A stretch of 31,123 nt of DNA from a virus (lineage: Duplodnaviria; Heunggongvirae; Uroviricota; Caudoviricetes): IMG/VR virus record IMGVR_UViG_2671181040_000014. One strand, 5' to 3'. The first letter of the stretch is position 1. The number at the start of each line of letters is the position of its first letter. The notes beneath the pieces were generated by a model that saw only the letters and a list, made by a program, of their open reading frames with translations, was not told the DNA's origin and searched no databases. Below, in pieces: positions 25,573 through 31,123 of the stretch. The translations under genes were made by a program, and so were the position numbers.

Positions 25573-26648
25573 ACGATAACGTCACGCTACGGGTAAATGG
25601 CCGAGAGTGGAATGGCTGGACATCGGTGCGCATCGGTGCCGGTATTGAACGGCTGGCGCGGGATTTCAGCGTGGAGATCCCCCGCCAGTGGCCGGGAGAT
25701 GAGGGTATCACCACGCTTCAGCCGCGCATTAAAAATGGTTCAAAAGTGGAAGTGCTGATTGGTGATGAGCTGGTGATCACCGGCTGGGTGGAGGCGACCC
25801 CCGTTCGTTACGATGCCCGTTCGGTCAGCACCGGTATTGCCGGACGTAGTCTGACTGCTGACCTGATTGACTGTGCAGCCGAACCGACACAGTTTAACGG
25901 ACGATCGCTGGTACAGATTGCGCAGGCGCTTGCTGCGCCTTTCGGCATTGAGGTGGTGAACAGCGATGCGCCGTCGGGTGTTATTCCGGATGTCCAGCCT
26001 GATCACGGTGAAACGGTGATCGAGGTGATCAACAAAATACTCGGTCAGCAGCAGGCGCTGGCTTATGACGACCCGCACGGCAGGCTGGTGATTGGTGGTA
26101 TTGGCTCAACGCGGGCACATACCGCGCTGGTACTTGGGGAAAACATCCTTTCCTGTGATACGGAGAAGAGTATCCGGGAGCGGTTTTCAGTTTACCAGGT
26201 GGCGGGGCAGCGTGCCGGAAACGACGATGATTTCGGTGAGGCCACCACCACCGCGCTGCGGGCCCGCACAGAGGATGCATTTATTGCCCGTTACCGTCCG
26301 ATGTATATCAGGCAGACAGGGCAGGCTACGGGGGCAGGCTGTATTGCGCGTGCTGACTTTGAAGCCCGACAACGGGCGGCGCGGACGGATGAAACCACCT
26401 ATGTGGTGCAGGGCTGGCGACAGGGTAACGGTACGCTGTGGCAGCCCAACCAGCGGGTGATTGTCTTCGATCCGGTCTGTGGTTTCGACAATACCGAACT
26501 GCTTGTCTCGGAAGTCACGTTTACTCAGGACCAGAATGGCACCCTGACGGAAATCCGTGTCGGCCCACCTGATGCTTATCTGCCTGAACCCGAAGCCCCC
26601 GGCGCGCGGAAAAAGAAAAAAGCCAGAGTACAGGAGGACCCGTTCTGA
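25569..26648 (+). CDS. baseplate hub protein (Mu gp44 / P2 gpD-like)
   Basis: 359-aa ORF, translationally coupled, in the conserved order N - gp44 - gp45. Confidence 0.7.
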   Translation: MNDNVTLRVNGREWNGWTSVRIGAGIERLARDFSVEIPRQWPGDEGITTLQPRIKNGSKVEVLIGDELVITGWVEATPVRYDARSVSTGIAGRSLTADLIDCAAEPTQFNGRSLVQIAQALAAPFGIEVVNSDAPSGVIPDVQPDHGETVIEVINKILGQQQALAYDDPHGRLVIGGIGSTRAHTALVLGENILSCDTEKSIRERFSVYQVAGQRAGNDDDFGEATTTALRARTEDAFIARYRPMYIRQTGQATGAGCIARADFEARQRAARTDETTYVVQGWRQGNGTLWQPNQRVIVFDPVCGFDNTELLVSEVTFTQDQNGTLTEIRVGPPDAYLPEPEAPGARKKKKARVQEDPF

Positions 26649-27196
26649 TGAGGACGATTGAAGCCATGCAGCGACAACTTCTCGGCCTGATTGGGCGGGC
26701 AGTGGTGAAAAGCATCAGTGCCGCCACGAAATGTCAGACCGTGGATGTGTCCCTGATTGCCGGTGAACCCAAAGCCGGGGTTGAACATCTTGAACCCTAC
26801 GGTTTTACCGCAAGGGCAAACAGCGGTGCGGAAGCGGTGGTGTTGTTTCCGGATGGCGACCGTTCTCATGCGGTGGTTGTTACGGTGTCGGACCGGCGCT
26901 ACCGCCTGAAAGGGCTGCAGACGGGTGAGGTGGCTGTCTATGACGATCAGGGGCAGTCCGTGACGCTGACCCGGGAGGGGATCGTGGTGGACGGTGCAGG
27001 TAAAACGATCACGTTTCGCAATTCACCTAAAGCACGTTTTGAAATGGACCTGGAAGTGACAGGACAGGTGAAAGACCTGTGCGACTCCAGCGGCACCACC
27101 ATGTCAGCGATGCGGCTTGCCTATAACGGGCATCGTCACAGAGAGAACGGTCAGGGCAGTAACACCGACAAACCTGATAAAGCGATGGAGGCATGA
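26648..27196 (+). CDS. baseplate spike / assembly protein V-like (Mu gp45)
   Basis: 182 aa; conserved position; ATGA overlap on both sides. Confidence 0.65.
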   Translation: MRTIEAMQRQLLGLIGRAVVKSISAATKCQTVDVSLIAGEPKAGVEHLEPYGFTARANSGAEAVVLFPDGDRSHAVVVTVSDRRYRLKGLQTGEVAVYDDQGQSVTLTREGIVVDGAGKTITFRNSPKARFEMDLEVTGQVKDLCDSSGTTMSAMRLAYNGHRHRENGQGSNTDKPDKAMEA

Positions 27197-27621
27197 TGGA
27201 ACTGTGGCTGACGGTGAACGGTAAACGCACCTGCGCCAGCGCACCGCTGGATCCGCTGACCCGCGCCGTGGTGATTTCCCTGTTTACCTGGCGGCGGGCG
27301 GAGCCTGATGACAACGCCGACGTCCCGATGGGATGGTGGGGGGATACCTGGCCTGCGGTACAGAATGACCGTTACGGCTCCCGACTGTGGCTGCTTCAGC
27401 GCAGCAAACTGACCAATCAGCTGGTGCTGACGGTAAGGGGGTATATCCGCGAATGCCTGCAATGGATGATTGATGACGGCGTGGTGTCCCGTATTGATCT
27501 GGATATCCGCCGCACCGGGATTAATGAACTGGGTAACAGTATCACTCTCTGGCGTCGTGACGGACCGGTAATGATTTCTTTTGATGATCTGTGGAGTGCG
27601 ATAACGCATGGCGGACAGTGA
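27193..27621 (+). CDS. baseplate wedge protein (Mu gp46 / GPW-gp25 family)
   Basis: 142-aa ORF between the spike and baseplate J genes. Confidence 0.65.
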   Translation: MMELWLTVNGKRTCASAPLDPLTRAVVISLFTWRRAEPDDNADVPMGWWGDTWPAVQNDRYGSRLWLLQRSKLTNQLVLTVRGYIRECLQWMIDDGVVSRIDLDIRRTGINELGNSITLWRRDGPVMISFDDLWSAITHGGQ

Positions 27622-28666
27622 ATTTCAGCGCCCGACGCTGGCTGAAAATATCAGTATGCTCCGTAACGATTTATTCGCCAGGCTGGACGTCAGCGACACG
27701 CTCCGGCGCATGGATGAAGACGTGCGGGCAAAGGTGTATGCGGCGGCGCTGCATACGGTTTACGGGTACATCGATTATCTGGCAATGAACATGCTGCCTG
27801 ACCTGTGCGATGAGTCCTGGCTGGCGCGACATGCTGCGATGAAACGGTGTCCGCGCAAGGGGGCCACGGCTGCCAGCGGGTATATGCGCTGGGAAGGTGT
27901 CAGCGATGGCCTGAAGGTGACCGCCGGGAGTGTTATTCAGCGCGATGACCTGGTTCAGTATACTGCAACTGCCGATGCAACCAGCTCCGGTGGTGTCCTG
28001 CGCGTGCCGATCGCCTGCTCAAATGCAGGCGCGGTCGGTAACGCTGACGACGGTACGGCATTAATCCTGGTCACGCCGGTGAATGGTCTGCCGTCTTCCG
28101 GTGTGGCTGACACCCTGACAGGCGGATTTGATACTGAAGAGCTGGAAACGTGGCGCGCCCGCGTCATTGAGCGGTATTACTGGACGCCGCAGGGCGGGGC
28201 TGACGGGGACTATGTCGTATGGGCTAAAGAAGTGCCCGGCATTACCCGCGCATGGACATACCGTCACTGGATGGGAACGGGAACTGTCGGTGTGATGATT
28301 GCCAGCAGTGACCTGATTAATCCCATTCCGGAAGAATCAACGGAAACGGCGGCAAGACAACATATCGGGCCACTGGCCCCGGTGGCAGGCTCTGATTTGT
28401 ATGTGTTCAGGCCGGTGGCACATACGGTGGATTTTCATATCCGCGTGACGCCGGACACACCGGAAATACGGGCTGCCATCACCGCGGAGTTGCGTTCGTT
28501 CCTGCTGCGTGATGGTTATCCGCAGGGAGAACTGAAGGTATCGCGTATCAGTGAGGCGATTTCCGGTGCGAACGGGGAATACAGCCATCAGTTGCTTGCA
28601 CCGGCAGACAATATCTCCATTGCAAAAAATGAACTGGCGGTACTGGGGACGATTTCATGGACGTGA
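27608..28666 (+). CDS. baseplate J-like protein (Mu gp47)
   Basis: 352-aa ORF, size and position typical for baseplate J; upstream of the YmfQ-like gene. Confidence 0.8.
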   Translation: MADSEFQRPTLAENISMLRNDLFARLDVSDTLRRMDEDVRAKVYAAALHTVYGYIDYLAMNMLPDLCDESWLARHAAMKRCPRKGATAASGYMRWEGVSDGLKVTAGSVIQRDDLVQYTATADATSSGGVLRVPIACSNAGAVGNADDGTALILVTPVNGLPSSGVADTLTGGFDTEELETWRARVIERYYWTPQGGADGDYVVWAKEVPGITRAWTYRHWMGTGTVGVMIASSDLINPIPEESTETAARQHIGPLAPVAGSDLYVFRPVAHTVDFHIRVTPDTPEIRAAITAELRSFLLRDGYPQGELKVSRISEAISGANGEYSHQLLAPADNISIAKNELAVLGTISWT

Positions 28667-29241
28667 CAAACGATGATTACATCCGTCTGTTGTCGGCACT
28701 GTTGCCCCCCGGTCCGGCGTGGTCAGCCAGCGATCCGGCGATTGCCGGTGCGGCACCGTCATTAACCCGCGTTCATCAGCGTGCGGATGCCCTGATGCGG
28801 GAGCTGGATCCGCGCACCACCACTGAACTGATAAACCGCTGGGAGCGTCTGTGCGGTCTGCCGGATGAATGTATTCCCGCAGGGACACAGACCCTTCGCC
28901 AGCGTCAGCAACGGCTGGATGCGAAGGTTAACCTGGCGGGTGGCATCAACGAGGATTTTTATCTTGCACAGCTTGCTGCCCTGGGCAGACCAGATGCCGC
29001 CATCACGCGATACGACAAAAGCACGTTCACCTGCTCATCGGCCTGTACTGACGCTGTGAACGCGCCTGAATGGCGGTATTACTGGCAGGTCAACATGCCA
29101 GCCGCCACCAACACCACCTGGATGACATGTGGCGATCCCTGTGATTCCGCACTGCGTATCTGGGGCGACACAGTTGTCGAATGTGTGCTTAACAAACTCT
29201 GCCCGTCGCATACCTACGTAATTTTTAAATATCCGGAGTAA
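28657..29241 (+). CDS. tail protein (Mu gp48 / e14 YmfQ-like)
   Basis: 194-aa ORF directly upstream of the tail-fibre gene, as in e14. Confidence 0.65.
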   Translation: MDVTNDDYIRLLSALLPPGPAWSASDPAIAGAAPSLTRVHQRADALMRELDPRTTTELINRWERLCGLPDECIPAGTQTLRQRQQRLDAKVNLAGGINEDFYLAQLAALGRPDAAITRYDKSTFTCSSACTDAVNAPEWRYYWQVNMPAATNTTWMTCGDPCDSALRIWGDTVVECVLNKLCPSHTYVIFKYPE

Positions 29242-29244
29242 TCC

Positions 29245-29883
29245 ATGCATCGTATAGACACGAAAACCGCGCAGAAGGATAAGTTCGGCGCGGGTAAGAA
29301 CGGTTTTACCCGTGGTAACCCCCAGACCGGCACGCCTGCCACCGATCTGGATGATGACTACTTTGACATGTTGCAGGAAGAGCTCTGCAGCGTGGTGGAG
29401 GCATCCGGTGCCAGCCTGGAGAAGGGGCGGCATGACCAGCTGCTTACCGCGCTTCGTGCGCTGCTGTTAAGTCGCAAAAATCCGTTTGGCGATATCAAAT
29501 CGGACGGCACGGTGAAAACGGCTCTTCAAAACCTTGGTTTGGGAGAATTATCTCTGGCTGGCACTGCATCGGGTGTCATTGGTCTGAATGGGTATGTAAC
29601 GATTCCGTTAATTATTTCAGGTTCCCGGAGAACACTGATTATTCAGTGGGGGCAGGCGAGATTTGGTGGGTCTGGTGGTGAAGATGCCGGATATCTTAAT
29701 GATTTTCCTTTTGCCTTTCCGTCAGCATGTTATGGAATGATAGTTAGTCATGTGGGGCATACACCTTCAGGCGCAGGAATCCTGTCGGCTTCTGCAATTA
29801 CATCAAATCAGTTCCGCGGTTTTTCAAGCATAGCGACTGCTGCAAATGCTGTATTAGGTCGTTATATCGCTATAGGGGGTTAA
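29245..29883 (+). CDS. stf: tail fibre protein: constant N-terminal part fused across pixL to the Sv variable part
   Basis: 212 aa with GGAG RBS. N-terminus MHRIDTKTAQKDKFGAGKNGFTRGNPQTGTPATDLDDDYFDMLQEEL matches e14 StfP-type fibres as recalled. pixL lies inside the ORF at codons ~93-101. Confidence 0.8.
   Translation: MHRIDTKTAQKDKFGAGKNGFTRGNPQTGTPATDLDDDYFDMLQEELCSVVEASGASLEKGRHDQLLTALRALLLSRKNPFGDIKSDGTVKTALQNLGLGELSLAGTASGVIGLNGYVTIPLIISGSRRTLIIQWGQARFGGSGGEDAGYLNDFPFAFPSACYGMIVSHVGHTPSGAGILSASAITSNQFRGFSSIATAANAVLGRYIAIGG
29522..29547. other. pixL-like 26-bp recombination site (CTCTTCAAAACC-TT-GGTTTGGGAGAA) inside the tail-fibre gene
   Basis: 12-2-12 site with half-sites related to the hix/gix family; the 852-bp repeat homology begins at its central TT. 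Confidence 0.7.
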
Positions 29884-30385
29884 TATGTTTTATAGTCCAT
29901 CATTAAACATTTTTGTGAATCCTGCGCTTAAGGATGATTACATTAATGCAAATTCATGGCCAGATGATGCTCTGGCTGTCAGTGATGATGTTTATAATGA
30001 ATTTGCAATCAATACGCCCCCATATGACAAAATTCGTGTTGCAGGAAAAAATGGATTACCCACATGGGCACTAATACCTCCACCATCGCATGAAGAACTT
30101 ATTCAACAGGCAGAATCAGAAAGGCAATTATTGCTTAATCAGGCCAACGAATACATGAACAGTAAACAATGGCCCGGTAAAGCCGCTATTGGTCGTCTGA
30201 AAGACGAGGAACTGGCACTATATAATTTGTGGCTGGATTACCTGGACGCACTGGAACTGGTGGATACCTCCAGTGCTCCAGATATTGAATGGCCTACACC
30301 TCCGGTAACTCAGGCCAGCTAATCTCAGGAGCCGTCGAAGTGTCGACGGCTTTTACTTCTTTTTTGTAGTCCATCCAGGCGGATA
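29534..30385. repeat. 852-bp direct repeat, copy 2, matching 4691-5542
   Basis: See copy 1. Confidence 0.9.
29885..30322 (+). CDS. tfa: tail fibre assembly protein (Tfa family)
   Basis: 145-aa ORF starting 2 nt after the fibre stop; C-terminus converges tail to tail with the inverted tfa'. Confidence 0.8.
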   Translation: MFYSPSLNIFVNPALKDDYINANSWPDDALAVSDDVYNEFAINTPPYDKIRVAGKNGLPTWALIPPPSHEELIQQAESERQLLLNQANEYMNSKQWPGKAAIGRLKDEELALYNLWLDYLDALELVDTSSAPDIEWPTPPVTQAS

Positions 30386-30689
30386 GTTTTTCTTTATCTG
30401 TACTGCTGATATCACCAAGCATTAATTCCACTCGCCAGTCAGCTGTGACATTATCGGCATGAGCAAGTAACTGCATTCGCTGATTTTCAGCACGTGCGAC
30501 ATAATCAATCGCCGGAGATTTCAGTACCGGTAAACCATTTTCATCTGACGTGATTAATTTACCCCCTTCCTGCTGTCCGGCAATTAATTCATTGTATAAG
30601 TCTGTACTTATCTCAACAATGTCAGCAGGCATGTCGCTGTTTATACCATCAAAGAAAAAACCATTAGTCGATTTTGAGAAATAAATCAT
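30294..30689 (-). CDS. alternative tail fibre assembly protein (tfa') in the inverted cassette
   Basis: Minus-strand ORF from the ATG at 30689 (MIYFSKSTNGFFFDG...). Its last 29 codons overlap the plus-strand tfa 3' end and share its C-terminal motif. Confidence 0.75.
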   Translation of the reverse strand: MIYFSKSTNGFFFDGINSDMPADIVEISTDLYNELIAGQQEGGKLITSDENGLPVLKSPAIDYVARAENQRMQLLAHADNVTADWRVELMLGDISSTDKEKLSAWMDYKKEVKAVDTSTAPEISWPELPEV

Positions 30690-30697
30690 AGATATAC

Positions 30698-31105
30698 CTA
30701 TACACCGATTGCTACCCAAAAACAGGACCTTTCATATTTGACAATTTCTCCCTGAGATATACCGCCAACAATTATATAGAACTGTGATTTGGTGATATCA
30801 GAACAGTTCGCAATGCCCATTGCAGATATACCAGCCAACGACGTTGTATGTGGCACAGCCAACAGCGCAAGTGAACGATTTGGGAATGTTACCGGGTAAG
30901 TCACCGTATAGTTTGATGCTCCACTGACAATACCCCACTGAATAATCAGACCTGAAGGGAGTTTTTGAAAACCCGTTGATGAAAGTGAACTGGCAAACGC
31001 CGCCATATCCGGAATTTGGTTTTGCCCGTTACCTACATTCCGTTTTGCCGCTTCTCCCAAACCAACGTTTATGAAAATGCAGAAATAACGAGAAAATGGC
31101 ATCAT
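30698..31105 (-). CDS. alternative tail-fibre C-terminal segment (Sv') in the inverted cassette; the apparent N-terminus crosses pixR
   Basis: Minus-strand ORF whose first 18 codons (MMPFSRYFCIFINVGLGE) lie beyond pixR in the invertase leader, so it is a cassette awaiting inversion rather than an independent gene. C-terminus resembles Sv. Confidence 0.6.
   Translation of the reverse strand: MMPFSRYFCIFINVGLGEAAKRNVGNGQNQIPDMAAFASSLSSTGFQKLPSGLIIQWGIVSGASNYTVTYPVTFPNRSLALLAVPHTTSLAGISAMGIANCSDITKSQFYIIVGGISQGEIVKYERSCFWVAIGV
31052..31077. other. pixR-like 26-bp recombination site (TTCTCCCAAACC-AA-CGTTTATGAAAA), inverted relative to pixL
   Basis: Reverse complement of the 4679-4704 site; shares the GGTTTGGGAGAA half-site with pixL in inverted orientation. 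Confidence 0.7.
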
Positions 31106-31123
31106 TCCTGCTTTTGTCAGAGG
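31052..31123. repeat. inverted repeat arm, reverse complement of 4633-4704; continues beyond the window
   Basis: Exact reverse-complement match to 4633-4704. By symmetry an invertase start codon would lie about 9 bp past the window end. Confidence 0.9.

Larger units (their letters stand above)
1692..31123. mobile_element. e14-like lambdoid prophage region at icd (attR-side cargo, remnant inversion switch, then prophage body); continues beyond the window
   Basis: Bounded on the left by the icd fragment. Contains phage lysis, packaging, head, tail and tail-fibre genes plus Pin-type switch sequences, with AT-rich insertions in a roughly 50-55% GC backbone. Confidence 0.8.

Noticed and set aside
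1-31123. CRISPR arrays, rRNA genes, integrase, excisionase, repressor or replication genes
   Set aside because: Looked for regularly spaced direct repeats, rRNA-like conserved blocks and tyrosine-recombinase or repressor-type ORFs; none seen. Any integration or immunity module must lie outside the window.

Overview
This window reads as the junction between an Escherichia/Shigella-type chromosome and an e14-like lambdoid prophage sitting at the icd locus. All calls rest on reading the sequence and on recalled family features; no searches were run. Bases 1-1691 are AT-rich chromosomal flank: a YcgX-like ORF, an IraM-like ORF and a 165-bp icd 3' fragment on the minus strand. Bases 1692-4500 are AT-rich cargo carrying a 629-aa DUF262/DUF1524 (GmrSD-family, type IV restriction-like) gene, which has replaced all but about 41 codons of a Pin/Gin/Hin-family invertase. 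Bases 4633-5542 are a frozen partial copy of a tail-fibre inversion switch (pix-like site, Sv segment, tfa, 3' end of tfa'), an 852-bp direct repeat of 29534-30385. Bases 5543-31123 are the prophage body on the plus strand: a DUF968 nin-type gene, a Q-like antiterminator with a tR'-like terminator, an AT-rich two-gene moron, a lysis cassette (two holin-like genes, GH19 endolysin, overlapping spanins), an antisense moron, HNH endonuclease, small and large terminase, HK97-type portal, protease and capsid, connector proteins, and a Mu-like contractile tail (sheath, tube, frameshifted chaperone, tape measure, a moron, DNA-circulation protein, baseplate gp44-gp48 homologues). It ends with a tail fibre and a complete Pin-type invertible segment, with pixR at the window edge. 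I found no integrase, repressor, replication genes, rRNA, tRNA or CRISPR array. The best candidates for something undescribed are the two-gene moron at the Q-lysis hotspot (7701-8974), the tail-module moron (23652-24182) and the antisense moron (10810-11199). The duplicated and rearranged inversion switch with a truncated invertase is the main structural oddity.
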